Assembly (NCBI GenBank): GCA_963815215.1
Contig: CAWFFU010000010.1
Location: 224,001 to 288,000, forward strand
Source of the DNA: an uncultured Trueperaceae bacterium
GTDB lineage: Bacteria > Deinococcota > Deinococci > Deinococcales > Trueperaceae
Direction: 5' to 3'
DNA length: 64,000 bases
In this document: positions 40,220 through 50,009 of the stretch, piece after piece
Layout of the letters: each line of letters starts with the position of its first letter
Position numbering within the stretch: the first letter of the stretch is position 1
Notes under the pieces: generated by a model
Databases searched by the model: none
What the model saw: the letters and a program-made list of their open reading frames with translations, nothing else
What the model was told of the DNA's origin: nothing
Made by a program: the position numbers and the translations under genes

Positions 40220-40924
40220 ATGATGCTCGACACTTTTGAATCACTCGTGACGCCGTCGAACTGCGAGGCACCCGACATCGTCCCGCGCGGGCTGGCCCTG
40301 CCGACGCGTACGTTGGAGCCTGGGCAGGTGTTGTTCGAGGCGGATCGTGAGGCGAGCAACCTGTACGTGGTGAACTTCGGGGTGCTGAAGGCGGTGGTGC
40401 CGACCAGTCTGGGTCGGGATCGTATCGCCGATCTGTACGGCGCCGGGGACGTGCTCGGTTTGAGCGCGTTGGACGGCGGTCTGCACGCCGAGACGGTGAT
40501 CGCGGTGCACGATGCGTGCCTCACCCCGATCGATCCGAAGCAGGCGATGAACGATCGCAGCTTGCGTGATTACGTGCTGCGCAGCCTGGCGCGGCAGTTG
40601 CGGCGTTCCCGCGAGATGCTGGACGAAGCCGAGATGCCGGTCGGTGCGCGCGTCACCCGCGCGTTCCTGCGCTTGGCGCGGCAGTTCGGGCAGCCCAGCG
40701 ACGGTGCGTCGTCGGCGGACGGCATCGAGGGCGGCGTGAAGCTGCCGCTGGCGTTGACGCATGAGGATCTGGCGGATCTCACCGGCTCGAGCCGGGTGAC
40801 CATCACCCGCATCCTCGGCGAGCTGCGGTCCGACGGCGCTCTGGAGGGCACCCGCGGCGTGTACGTCGCCAACCTCGAGGGGTTGGAGCGCGCCACCGAT
40901 CACTACGTCATGCAGGTGCTCTGA
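40220..40924 (+). CDS. Crp/Fnr family transcriptional regulator
   Basis: cNMP-binding-like fold (GQVLF...LYVV..G.LK); HTH LTHEDLADLTGSSRVTITRIL. Confidence 0.9.
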   Translation: MMLDTFESLVTPSNCEAPDIVPRGLALPTRTLEPGQVLFEADREASNLYVVNFGVLKAVVPTSLGRDRIADLYGAGDVLGLSALDGGLHAETVIAVHDACLTPIDPKQAMNDRSLRDYVLRSLARQLRRSREMLDEAEMPVGARVTRAFLRLARQFGQPSDGASSADGIEGGVKLPLALTHEDLADLTGSSRVTITRILGELRSDGALEGTRGVYVANLEGLERATDHYVMQVL

Positions 40925-40951
40925 CCCAGCGCCCGCTATCCCGCTCGCTCT

Positions 40952-40984
40952 GCACCGCCCCGGCCACGAAGGCCGGGGCGGTGC
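40952..40984 (+). terminator. hairpin after crp
   Basis: gcaccgccccggcc-acgaa-ggccggggcggtgc. Confidence 0.6.
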
Positions 40985-41087
40985 TCGTTGGGACCGGCCG
41001 CCGCGACGTTCCGCGGGAGCCCTCGAGTCGCCGGCGTAGGGTGGGACGGCCCACCGCTCCGGCGAGGCTCCTATACTCGTAGCTGGC

Positions 41088-41672
41088 ATGTTGACCTTCA
41101 CCGATTCCGCCCGCAAGCGCGTCGCGCACTTCCTCGAGATGCAGCAGGACCAGCAGGTGAGCGCACTCCGCATCGCCGGCGACCGCACCTCGCAGCGGCT
41201 GTGGCTGGTCAAGCCCAGCGACCGCGAGGAGACGGACGCCGTGTTCCGCGTCGATGCCTTCGACGTCTACCTCGATCCGCTGACCTCGGACCGGCTCTCC
41301 GGTGCCACCGTCGACTTCGTCGAAGGTGCCATGCAGAGCGGCTTCCGGGTGTTCTTCCCCAGCCCGAGCTGGGACGACCCCCTGGCCCAGAAGGTCCAGG
41401 ACGTCATCGATACCGTGATCAACCCCGGGGTGGCGGCGCACAGTGGCAACGTCAGCCTCGAGAGCGTCGACGGCGGCGTCGCCTACATCTCCTTCGGCGG
41501 CGGCTGCCAGGGCTGCGGCGCGGCCGACGTCACGCTCAAGAGCGGGGTCGAGCGCATCCTCAAGCAGCACGTTCCCGAGATCACCGCGGTGCGCGACGGC
41601 ACGGATCATGCCGCCGGGACCAACCCCTTCTACGTGTCGACCGACGGCGCCAAGGAATCGCCGCTGTCCTGA
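41088..41672 (+). CDS. nfuA: NfuA-like Fe-S cluster carrier (degenerate ATC domain + NifU-C)
   Basis: INPGVAAHSG, GGGCQGCG, TDHAAGTNPFY. Confidence 0.88.
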   Translation: MLTFTDSARKRVAHFLEMQQDQQVSALRIAGDRTSQRLWLVKPSDREETDAVFRVDAFDVYLDPLTSDRLSGATVDFVEGAMQSGFRVFFPSPSWDDPLAQKVQDVIDTVINPGVAAHSGNVSLESVDGGVAYISFGGGCQGCGAADVTLKSGVERILKQHVPEITAVRDGTDHAAGTNPFYVSTDGAKESPLS

Positions 41673-41691
41673 CCTGCCGCCGGGACCCGAG

Positions 41692-42072
41692 CTAGCGGGT
41701 CGCCAGCAGGGCGTTGATGGCGCCGCGCAGGTCGGTGCCCGTCAGCGGTTTGTTGAGGAACAGATCGGCGCCCACGTCTTCGGCGCGACGGCGCGTGTCT
41801 TCGTCGGTGAGCGCCGTCATGATGATGATCGGCACGTGCTTCAGCCGGGTCAGGCGGCGGGCCCGCGCACATACGTCGAGGCCCGTCATGAACGGCATGT
41901 TCACGTCCAGGATCATCAGGTCGGGTGTGTGCGACTGCAGGTAGGTGAGGGCGTCATGCCCGTTCTCGACTCCGACCACCTCGAACGTGTAGGCGCTGAG
42001 AACGAGCTCGAGCAGACGGAGATGACCTAGGTCGTCGTCCGCGACCAACACGGTCCGGTTGGGCGCACTCAT
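41692..42072 (-). CDS. single-domain response regulator
   Basis: VLVADDD, ILDVNMP, IIMTA, LNKP. Confidence 0.9.
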   Translation of the reverse strand: MSAPNRTVLVADDDLGHLRLLELVLSAYTFEVVGVENGHDALTYLQSHTPDLMILDVNMPFMTGLDVCARARRLTRLKHVPIIIMTALTDEDTRRRAEDVGADLFLNKPLTGTDLRGAINALLATR

Positions 42073-42217
42073 AGGGCAGCATAGGCCCTGGCCTCTTACG
42101 GGATTCTGACGGCTGCGTGCCGGACCGGATCGGTGCGGGTCTGCAGTGGCCGTCGCCGGTGCCGTGCCCGGCAGTATACTCGCCCAACCCGGCCCCCGGC
42201 CGAGCAGGACGGTGCCC

Positions 42218-44110
42218 ATGCGATCGAACCGAGCGAAGGCGCAGCTGGCCCACGAGATCACCGCGGACGAGATCCGGCATGCCGTCGACGTCGCGGCGGG
42301 CCGCCGCCCGGCCACCCTGCTGCTCAGGGACGGGCGTCTGCTCAACGTCTTCGACGGGCGCATCCGCCGAGTATCGGTCGCCTTCGCAGGCCGCCTCATC
42401 GCGACGGTCGGCAGCGACGACGACGCCCCCGCGGCGGACACCACCATCGACCTGCACGGCGCCTACCTAGCGCCCGGGCTGATCGACGGGCACGTGCACA
42501 TCGAGTCCTCGCTGGTCACGCCCGCGGCCTATGCGGAGGGCGTGGTGCCGCGCGGCGTCACGGGGGTGGTGTGCGACCCGCACGAGATCGCCAACGTCGC
42601 CGGCGTTCCCGGGGTGCAGTGGCTGCTTGAGCGCTCGCGGGACCTGCCGCTGGACGTCTGGGTGACGGTGCCCAGCTCGGTCCCCTCCACCGCCATGGAG
42701 ACGGCGGGGTCGGAGCTGGGACTGGCGGAGATCGAGGCCCTGCTGGAGCACCCCCAGGTCGTGGGCGTGGCCGAGATGATGAGCTTCCCCGCCGTGGTGG
42801 CGGGCGACGCCGTCGAACTCGGCAAGGTGGTGCTCGCCGAGGCCGCCCGCAAGACGGCCGAGGGGCACGCCCCCGGTCTGAGCGGACGCGCGCTCCAGGC
42901 GTACCTGGCCAGCGGCATCGGCTCGGATCACGAGAGCACCACGCTCGAGGAAGGGCGCGAGAAGCTCGAGGCCGGGGTCTTCCTGATGATCCGCGAGGGC
43001 TCCGTGACACGGGATCTGGACGCGTTATTGCCGTTGGTGCGCGTTGAACATGCCGACCGTATCGGCTTCGTCACCGACGACCGGCTGCCGCACGACCTGC
43101 TCGACGAGGGCGGGGTCGACTGCCTGGTGCGGCGGGCCGTGCAGGCGGGCGCCGACCCGGTCTACGCCGTGCGCTGCGCCAGCTACAACGTCGCCCGGCA
43201 CTACGGCCTGAAGCGCCGCGGGGCGGTGGCGCCCGGCTACCTGGCCGACGTGGTGGTGATCGACGACCTCGCCAGCTTCCGGGCGCATGCGGTCTACAAG
43301 GGCGGTCGGCGCGTCGCCGTCGATGGCCGCTACGAGCCGGACGGGCCACGGCGTGCGCGGGGGGTCGTCGGCGGCTCGGCCGCTGGTGGCTCGGGCGCCG
43401 CCGCAGCCCCGGCCGCGGGCCCGGCCGCGTCGGCCGGGGCTGCTGCGAGCGCTCAGGGCGCGGACGCGTGGAACGCCGCCGTTCGCGACACCGTGCGCCT
43501 GCCGCGGCTCGAGGTGGCCGACCTGAGGCTCCCGGACCCGGGCGGGCCGGTGCGCGTTATCCGGGCACACCCCAACCAGATCCTCACCGGCGCGCTCGAG
43601 CTGCTGCCCTCGGTGCGCGACGGCGCCGTGGTTGCCGACCCGGCGCGCGACCTGCTCAAGCTGGTGTGCGTGGAGCGGCACGGCCGCAACGGCGGGTGGG
43701 CGCTGGGTCTGGTGACGGGCTTCGGCCTGCAACACGGGGCGTTGGCGTCCACCGTCGGGCACGACCACCACAACCTGATGGCGGTGGGCGCCGACGACGA
43801 GGCCATGCTGATGGCTGCGCGACGCCTGCAGGAGCTGGGCGGCGGGTTCGTGGCGGTGGGCCGGGGCCGGGTCCTGGCCGAGCTGCCGTTGGAGATCGCG
43901 GGGCTGGTGACCGACGCGCCGCTGGCCGAGGTCCGCCGGCACATGCGAGCTCTGGACGACGCCGCCGCGTCGCTGGGGGCGACGCTCCCGGCGCCGTTCA
44001 TGGCGCTCTCCTTCCTGGGGCTGCCGGTGATCCCCGAGCTCCGGCTCACCGACCTGGGCCTGGTGGACGTGCTCGCCGGACGGATCGTCCCGCTCGCTGC
44101 CGGGGGCTGA
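42218..44110 (+). CDS. ade: adenine deaminase
   Basis: PGLIDGHVHIESS, CDPHEIANV, DHES, IREGS, TDDR, HDHHN. Confidence 0.93.
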   Translation: MRSNRAKAQLAHEITADEIRHAVDVAAGRRPATLLLRDGRLLNVFDGRIRRVSVAFAGRLIATVGSDDDAPAADTTIDLHGAYLAPGLIDGHVHIESSLVTPAAYAEGVVPRGVTGVVCDPHEIANVAGVPGVQWLLERSRDLPLDVWVTVPSSVPSTAMETAGSELGLAEIEALLEHPQVVGVAEMMSFPAVVAGDAVELGKVVLAEAARKTAEGHAPGLSGRALQAYLASGIGSDHESTTLEEGREKLEAGVFLMIREGSVTRDLDALLPLVRVEHADRIGFVTDDRLPHDLLDEGGVDCLVRRAVQAGADPVYAVRCASYNVARHYGLKRRGAVAPGYLADVVVIDDLASFRAHAVYKGGRRVAVDGRYEPDGPRRARGVVGGSAAGGSGAAAAPAAGPAASAGAAASAQGADAWNAAVRDTVRLPRLEVADLRLPDPGGPVRVIRAHPNQILTGALELLPSVRDGAVVADPARDLLKLVCVERHGRNGGWALGLVTGFGLQHGALASTVGHDHHNLMAVGADDEAMLMAARRLQELGGGFVAVGRGRVLAELPLEIAGLVTDAPLAEVRRHMRALDDAAASLGATLPAPFMALSFLGLPVIPELRLTDLGLVDVLAGRIVPLAAGG

Positions 44111-44111
44111 G

Positions 44112-45458
44112 ATGGACGCGACCAGTCTGCTGCGGGCCACCGTCATGCACGTGCCCCGCGATCCGTTCCTGGACGGCGGAGCGCTCGAGGCCTTCGACGA
44201 CGGGGCGCTGGCGCTGCAGGACGGTCGCGTGCTGGAGGCCGGCGACTTCGCGGTGCTGCGTCGCCGCTACCCCGACGCAGCGGTCGACGACCGCCGGGGT
44301 GCGGTGGTGTTGCCCGGCCTGGTGGACGCCCACGTGCACTACCCGCAGGTGCCCGTCCTCGGCGCGGTGGGCATGCGGTTGCTCACCTGGCTCGAGCGTC
44401 GCACGCTGCCGGAGGAGGCGCGCTACGCCGATGCCGACTACGCGGCGGCCCGGGCGGACGTCTTCCTGCGGTTGCTTGCGGCCGGCGGGACCACCACCGC
44501 GTTGGTGTTCGGGGCGCACTTCGCGCCCGCCATGGAGCGCTTCTTCCAGGCCGCCGAGCGCTCCGGGCTGCGTATCGCCGCCGGACTCACCGTGGCGGAC
44601 CGCAACCTGCGTGCGGAGCTGCACACCACCCCTGAGCGGGCGCTGGCCGACGGGCTCGAGCTGGCGCGTCGCTGGCACGGTCGCGGCCGGCTGCGTTACG
44701 CCGTGACGCCGCGCTTCGCGCTGTCGGCGGGAGAGGACCTGCTGGGCGCGTGCGGCGAGCTGTTGCGGGCGCTGCCCGGGCTGCTGTTCACCACCCACAT
44801 GAACGAGAGCCGCGAGGAGATCGAGGCGGTGCGCGGGCTGTTCCCGTGGGCCGACGACTACCTGGCGACCTACGAGCGCTTCGGGCTGGTGGGGGAGCGT
44901 TCGCTGTTCGCGCACGACGTCCATCCTCGGCAGGGTGAGCTCGAGCGCCTGGCGGCGGCGAGCGCGACGGTGGTGCACTGCCCGACCAGCAACGTGTCGC
45001 TCGGCAGCGGGCTGTTCCCGCTGCGCCGCCACCTCGAGGCCGGGGTACGGCTGGCGCTCGGGACCGACGTCGGGGCCGGAACCGGCTTCGGCTTGCTCAA
45101 GGAAACGCTGGCGGCTCACCAGGTGCAGATGCTGCGCGACGACGGCGCGGCGCTCGACCCGGCGCGCCTGCTCTACCTGGCGACGGGCGCCGGCGCCCGA
45201 GCGCTGGGGCTGGGGGGCGTGGTGGGGGATTTCCTGCCCGGCCGCGAGGCCGATCTGGTGGTGGTGCGCCCGCGACCGGGATCCACCCTGGCCGAGGTCC
45301 TGACCCACGCCGAGGATGCGTCCTCGGCCCTGGCCGCACTCATCACGCTGGCGCGCGAGGAGAGCGTCGAGGAGGTGCGGGTCGGGGGTCATCGGGTCCA
45401 TGGCGGACCGCCCGTCGACCACGCAGGGCTTGACGCGGACCCGCCTGCCGGGCCATAA
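44112..45458 (+). CDS. guaD: guanine deaminase
   Basis: DAHVHYPQ, YAVTPRFA, THMNES, HCPTSN..LGSG, GTDVGAG. Confidence 0.92.
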   Translation: MDATSLLRATVMHVPRDPFLDGGALEAFDDGALALQDGRVLEAGDFAVLRRRYPDAAVDDRRGAVVLPGLVDAHVHYPQVPVLGAVGMRLLTWLERRTLPEEARYADADYAAARADVFLRLLAAGGTTTALVFGAHFAPAMERFFQAAERSGLRIAAGLTVADRNLRAELHTTPERALADGLELARRWHGRGRLRYAVTPRFALSAGEDLLGACGELLRALPGLLFTTHMNESREEIEAVRGLFPWADDYLATYERFGLVGERSLFAHDVHPRQGELERLAAASATVVHCPTSNVSLGSGLFPLRRHLEAGVRLALGTDVGAGTGFGLLKETLAAHQVQMLRDDGAALDPARLLYLATGAGARALGLGGVVGDFLPGREADLVVVRPRPGSTLAEVLTHAEDASSALAALITLAREESVEEVRVGGHRVHGGPPVDHAGLDADPPAGP

Positions 45459-45466
45459 CCTACGGG

Positions 45467-46264
45467 ATGCTCCTCCACCTCGTCGCGGACTTCGGCGCGG
45501 GCGATCTAGCCTTCGCCGAGGTCGCCCAGCGCCTCAAGCGCAGGCTTCCCGAAGCCGAGCTGGTGCTCACCGCCGTGCCCCCCTTCGCCACCCTGGCCGC
45601 CGGCTTCGTGAGCGCGCAGCTCGCGCTCAACGAAGCGCCGCCGGGAACGCTGGTGTTCCACAACGTCGCGCCGCGCCGCGACGACGACGGGCCTCGAGCC
45701 GACAACGCCGGCGAGAGACTGGTCGCCGCCCGCCTGCCCGGCGGCACCGGCGTGGTTGGGGTCCATGCCGGCTACGCCTTCTCGTTCTTCAAGCAGGCGG
45801 GCGTCGAGCTCCACTACGCGCAGGCCGGGGCCGCCGGATCTCAGTTCCGGTCCCGTGACGTCTTCCCGGACGCCGTGGCCGCACTGGCCCGCGGGGATGC
45901 GGACGCGCTCCACGAAGTGCTTCCGGCCGACAAGGTGCCGGACGTGCCGGAGGGGCGGGTGGCGTACGTCGACGGCTTCGGCAACCTCAAGACGACCTGG
46001 CCTGCGCCCGGCTCGTTCGCGCCCGGCACGCGGGTGCGGGTGCGGGTCGGTGAGGCGGAGCGGGTCGCCTTCGTCAGCGGCGGGAGCTTCTCGGTGCCGG
46101 CGGGCACGCTGGCGTTCGCGCCGGGTAGCAGCGGCTGGCCGCTGGCCGGCGGCACCCTGCGCTTCATGGAGCTGTTCCTGCGTGGCGGCAGCGCGGCCGA
46201 GGCGTTCGGCCGTCCCGCCGTGGGCGCTCGCGTCGAGGTCGCCCTCGCCGCCGTGACCGTCTGA
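45467..46264 (+). CDS. SAM hydroxide adenosyltransferase / halogenase-family protein (DUF62-like)
   Basis: LVADFG, QFRSRDVFP, YVDGFGNLKT. Confidence 0.8.
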   Translation: MLLHLVADFGAGDLAFAEVAQRLKRRLPEAELVLTAVPPFATLAAGFVSAQLALNEAPPGTLVFHNVAPRRDDDGPRADNAGERLVAARLPGGTGVVGVHAGYAFSFFKQAGVELHYAQAGAAGSQFRSRDVFPDAVAALARGDADALHEVLPADKVPDVPEGRVAYVDGFGNLKTTWPAPGSFAPGTRVRVRVGEAERVAFVSGGSFSVPAGTLAFAPGSSGWPLAGGTLRFMELFLRGGSAAEAFGRPAVGARVEVALAAVTV

Positions 46265-46268
46265 AGGC

Positions 46269-46868
46269 TCAATCGAGCTCGATCTCTAGACCCTGCAGCA
46301 AGGCGACGGCGTCCGGCATCGAGAAGCGCGCGCCACGGACCCGGGTGGCGCGTACGTCGATGGCGTAGTTGCGTGCCTTGCGCAGGTCGGCGCCGGTCAG
46401 GTCCGCCCCCTCGAAGTTCGTGCCGGCGAAGTCGGTGCCGCGGCACACCGCGTCCACCAGCACGGCCTGCCGGAAGTCGCATTCGCGGGCCACGCAGTGG
46501 TCGATGCGCCTGCCCTCCAACGTGCAGCCCTGGAACGACGCGAGGTCGAGGACGCAGTCGCGGAAGTCGACCTCCAGCGGATCGTGCAGGGTGGCGACGG
46601 CCCGCGCCCAACTCACCCCGGTGAGGTTGCACGCGTCGAAGCTGACGTCCCGGAACGCGCTGCCGCCGACGTCGAACAGGCTCAGGTCGCAGGCGACGAA
46701 CGAGCAGGCCAGGAAGCGGCAGTCTCGGAAGGCGATCTCGCGCAGATGGCCGTCCTCGAAGGTGCACCCAACGAAGGTCGAGCCCTCGACGTCGCGGGTC
46801 TGCTCGAGCTCACGGAAGACCGTATCGCGGTAGTGGTGGCCGCTCTCGATGGGCGTCAAGGGGTGCAC
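46269..46868 (-). CDS. pentapeptide repeat protein
   Basis: Continuous x-F/L-x-x-C/A pentapeptides (STFVGCTFED...ADLTGADLRKA); GGAGGAG before GTG 46868. Confidence 0.88.
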   Translation of the reverse strand: MHPLTPIESGHHYRDTVFRELEQTRDVEGSTFVGCTFEDGHLREIAFRDCRFLACSFVACDLSLFDVGGSAFRDVSFDACNLTGVSWARAVATLHDPLEVDFRDCVLDLASFQGCTLEGRRIDHCVARECDFRQAVLVDAVCRGTDFAGTNFEGADLTGADLRKARNYAIDVRATRVRGARFSMPDAVALLQGLEIELD

Positions 46869-47485
46869 GGGTCGGCTCCTCCCTGCAGGTCGTTCGGCCG
46901 GTTGACGTTGCGCAGCACCGAGTGGCCGCAGACCGCCTCGACCTCGTCGCGCTCGACCGTGACGAGGGGGAGCCCTCGCAGTAGTCCCTGCACGTCGAGC
47001 AGGCCACCGTCGAGGCGGGCGCCGGCGATCTCGAGCACCGAGCGCGGGTAGAGGGCGGCGAGCGGCTCCAGGCGCCCTCCGGCCCCGCGTACCACGACGG
47101 CGCAGCCCTCCTCGGCGCGGCGGCACAAGAGGCGCCAGAAGGTTTCCGTGAGGCAGGGGAGGTCGCAGGCGGCGACTGCCACCCAGGGGTTCGAGGCCGT
47201 GCTCAGCGCGGTCTCGAGGCCTCCCAGTGGGCCGAGCCCCGCCCGCAGGTCGGGGACGAAGCGGGCCCCGGCGACGGGGTACGACCTCCCCACCAGCAGC
47301 CGTTCCCGGGCGGGCGCCAGGCTGTCCAGCGTGCGCTCGACCAGCGTCCGCCCGGCGACGACCTGGCGCGCCTTGTCGCTGCCGTAGCGCGTGGAGCGTC
47401 CGCCACACAGCACCGCGCCGGTCACCTCCTCGAGACGGAGGGGGTCGCCGAGGTGGCGAGAGGGGTGGTGGGAGAGGCCGACCAT
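46856..47485 (-). CDS. mobA: molybdenum cofactor guanylyltransferase
   Basis: VLCGGRSTRYGSDKA, GPLGG, ACDLP, EPLAALY, NVNRPND. Confidence 0.88.
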   Translation of the reverse strand: MVGLSHHPSRHLGDPLRLEEVTGAVLCGGRSTRYGSDKARQVVAGRTLVERTLDSLAPARERLLVGRSYPVAGARFVPDLRAGLGPLGGLETALSTASNPWVAVAACDLPCLTETFWRLLCRRAEEGCAVVVRGAGGRLEPLAALYPRSVLEIAGARLDGGLLDVQGLLRGLPLVTVERDEVEAVCGHSVLRNVNRPNDLQGGADPCTP

Positions 47486-47546
47486 GCGAGCGTCATTCTA
47501 GGCCGCGCGGGCAGTCCGCGCTCGGGAGCGCACCGTAGACTGGCCC

Positions 47547-48230
47547 ATGCGGCGTTCGGCGACTGCGCGCAAGACGGCGGCACTCCTGTCTTGGCTGGTG
47601 CTGCTGGGGGCCTTCCTGGTGGCGGCGAGTCGCCATCCCGGCGGGGTCGTGGGGGTTCTGGAAGTCGCGCTCCGCTCCGCCCGGCACTCGCCCGACGGCC
47701 TGCTGTTGCTGGCGGGCATCTACCTGATCCGGCCCCTGCTGCTGCTGCCCGTCACCGTGCTGACGGCCTTCTGCGGTTACCTGTTCGGTCCCGGCTGGGG
47801 CGTTGCGGTGGCGCACCTCGCGGCGCTCGCCTCCGCCTCGGTGGGCTACCTGATGGCGCGCTGGTGGCGCGGACGGCGCCCCGACGGCGCGAAGGATGCG
47901 AGCGTGCCGCCGGGGTGGATGGGCAGGTTGCGGCACGGGACCTTCGAGGCGGTGCTGGCGAGCCGTCTGAGCTTCGTTCCCGGTGACCTGGTCAACGGCG
48001 CCGCCGGAGCGATGGCCTTGCCGTTCGTGCCGTTCGCGGCGGCCACGGCCCTCGGAGGGCTGCCCGGAACGGTGGTGGGCGTGCTGGCAGGCGCCGGCAT
48101 GCGCGGTCGAGGCTTCCGGGCCGCGGCCGTCGAGCTGCAGCCCGCGTTCATCGCGGCGTCACTGGCGCTGGCCGTGATCAGCGTGCTCCTCGCCGTCGCT
48201 CTGCGGCGGCGGCCGCCGCCGCCGAGCTGA
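47547..48230 (+). CDS. TVP38/TMEM64 (VTT domain) membrane protein
   Basis: IRPLLLLPVTVLT..CG.LFG, RLSFVPGDLVN. Confidence 0.85.
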   Translation: MRRSATARKTAALLSWLVLLGAFLVAASRHPGGVVGVLEVALRSARHSPDGLLLLAGIYLIRPLLLLPVTVLTAFCGYLFGPGWGVAVAHLAALASASVGYLMARWWRGRRPDGAKDASVPPGWMGRLRHGTFEAVLASRLSFVPGDLVNGAAGAMALPFVPFAAATALGGLPGTVVGVLAGAGMRGRGFRAAAVELQPAFIAASLALAVISVLLAVALRRRPPPPS

Positions 48231-48236
48231 GCGACG

Positions 48237-49448
48237 TCACAACGCGAAGCGCTCGTCGGCCAGGTCGGAGAGGTGCCGGCCGATCGCCAGCGAGGCGGTC
48301 GCGGCCGGCGAGGGGGCGTTCAGGACGTGGATGGCGCGGGGGCTCTCGCGGATGACGAAGTCGTCGAGCAGCTTCCCGTCACGCCCCATCGCTTGGGCGC
48401 GGACCCCCGCTCCGCCGCGCCGCACGTCGCTCACGGCGATCTCCGGCATCAGGCGCTGGATGGCGTGCACGAACGCCACCTTGGAGAACGAACGGTAGTA
48501 CTCGTACAGGCCGATGCCGAGGAAGGAGCGCGCCATGCGCCACAGGCCCGGGAAGGCGAGGCTCTCGGCGGTGTCGCGCAGGCTGACGTCGAGCACGCTG
48601 TAGCCCTCGCGGTCGAACGCCAGCACCGCGTTCGGCCCCGCCTCCACCTCGCCGGCCACGGTGCGGGTGAGGTGAACGCCGAGGAAGGGCAGTGCCGGAT
48701 CGGGCACCGGGTAGATGAGGCCGCGTACCAGGGCGCGGCGCTCCGGGGCCAGCACCATGTACTCGCCGCGGAAGGGGATGATGCGCACGTCGAGGTCGAC
48801 CCCGGCCATGGCCGCCACGCGGTCGGCGTAGAGTCCGGCGCAGGTGACCAGGTAAGCGGCGTCGACGCCGCCCGCCTGCGTGTCGAGATGGACGCTGTCG
48901 GCGTCGGCGCGGATGGTGCGGACGGCGGCGCCCGTCAACACGCTTCCGCCCCGCCGCTCGAACTCGCTGCGCATGGCGCGGGTGACCGCGCCGTAGTCGG
49001 TGATGGCGGTGGAGGGGGAGTGGATGGCGCGCAGCCCGGTGGCGTGGGGCTCGATCTCCCGCAGCTCCCGCTCGTCGAGTGTGCGCAGGCCGGGCACACC
49101 GTTCTCGGTGCCCCGCGCCAGCAGGTCATCGAGGCGCGGCAGCTCGTCGGTGCGCGTCGCCACGATCACCTTACCGACCGGATCGAAGGGGATGCCGTGC
49201 TGCTCGCAGAAGGCACGCATCAGACCGACGCCCTGGACGCACAGCTCCGCTTTCAGGGAACCGGGTCGGTAGTAGATGCCGGAGTGCACCACGCCGGAGT
49301 TGTGGCCGGTCTGGTGCCGGCCGACCTGCGGCTCCTTCTCGAGCACCGTGAGCTGCAGCTGCGGGTGTCGATCCTGCAGCGACAGCGCGGTGGCGAGGCC
49401 GACGATGCCCCCGCCGAGGACGGCGATATCGGGACGGGAAGGGTCCAT
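48237..49448 (-). CDS. lhgO: L-2-hydroxyglutarate oxidase-like FAD oxidoreductase
   Basis: GGGIVGLA, HQTGHNSGVVHSGIYY, PFLGVH, NAPSPAATASL. Confidence 0.92.
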   Translation of the reverse strand: MDPSRPDIAVLGGGIVGLATALSLQDRHPQLQLTVLEKEPQVGRHQTGHNSGVVHSGIYYRPGSLKAELCVQGVGLMRAFCEQHGIPFDPVGKVIVATRTDELPRLDDLLARGTENGVPGLRTLDERELREIEPHATGLRAIHSPSTAITDYGAVTRAMRSEFERRGGSVLTGAAVRTIRADADSVHLDTQAGGVDAAYLVTCAGLYADRVAAMAGVDLDVRIIPFRGEYMVLAPERRALVRGLIYPVPDPALPFLGVHLTRTVAGEVEAGPNAVLAFDREGYSVLDVSLRDTAESLAFPGLWRMARSFLGIGLYEYYRSFSKVAFVHAIQRLMPEIAVSDVRRGGAGVRAQAMGRDGKLLDDFVIRESPRAIHVLNAPSPAATASLAIGRHLSDLADERFAL

Positions 49449-49454
49449 GGCGCC

Positions 49455-49739
49455 CTAGACCGCGCGCTTGAAGGGATAGATGTCGACGCTCTGCCAGACG
49501 GCCTCACGGCTGTAGATGTCGTTGTCGATGAAGGCGCGTGCGGCCTCGAGGCTGTCGGCCTCCAGCAACAGGGCCGAGCCGATCATGGTGCCGTCATCGT
49601 CGAGGATGGCGCCGCCGATCTGGAGCATGCCCGAATCGACCGCGGTCCGGATACCCTCGAGGTGGGTAGCGCGCACGCGCTGGCGTCGCGCGGGCGCCTC
49701 CGAGTCGGTACCGTCGTGGGCGAGGACGATGTAGAGCAT
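49455..49739 (-). CDS. YciI family protein
   Basis: RRQRVRATHL, GSAL, DIY...VW; AGGAGG. Confidence 0.88.
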   Translation of the reverse strand: MLYIVLAHDGTDSEAPARRQRVRATHLEGIRTAVDSGMLQIGGAILDDDGTMIGSALLLEADSLEAARAFIDNDIYSREAVWQSVDIYPFKRAV

Positions 49740-49858
49740 AGGACCTCCTGAGCCGTGTTCTGGCGCTACTGTACCGCGGGGGTGCCGGCGACCAGAGTGG
49801 TGTCCCCGGCGCGGTTGGCGAACGCCGGGTCCGCGGACGAGGCACTCACAGGCTCAAA

Positions 49859-49947
49859 CTTGATACAATGGGACTCATATCTGTTGACAACAAAGCGACG
49901 TCTGGCTATACTCGCCTGCAGTGAGGTTTGCGTCGACTATACTCAGG
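49859..49947 (+). promoter_or_regulatory. dnaK promoter flanked by two HAIR-like (HspR) operators
   Basis: TTGACA 49884-17 nt-TATACT 49907; CTTGATA-N7-ACTCATA (49859-79) and TTTGCGT-N7-ACTCAGG (49927-47) versus HAIR consensus CTTGAGT-N7-ACTCAAG. Confidence 0.8.
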
Positions 49948-50009
49948 TTTTGTGACGCAGGATGTAGGTTCGGCCTGAGAGCATTCCCGAGGCAAGAGGA
50001 GTCCCAACC

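Noticed and set aside
49840..50009. CIRCE element at dnaK
   Set aside because: No TTAGCACTC-N9-GAGTGCTAA; the repeats fit HAIR instead.
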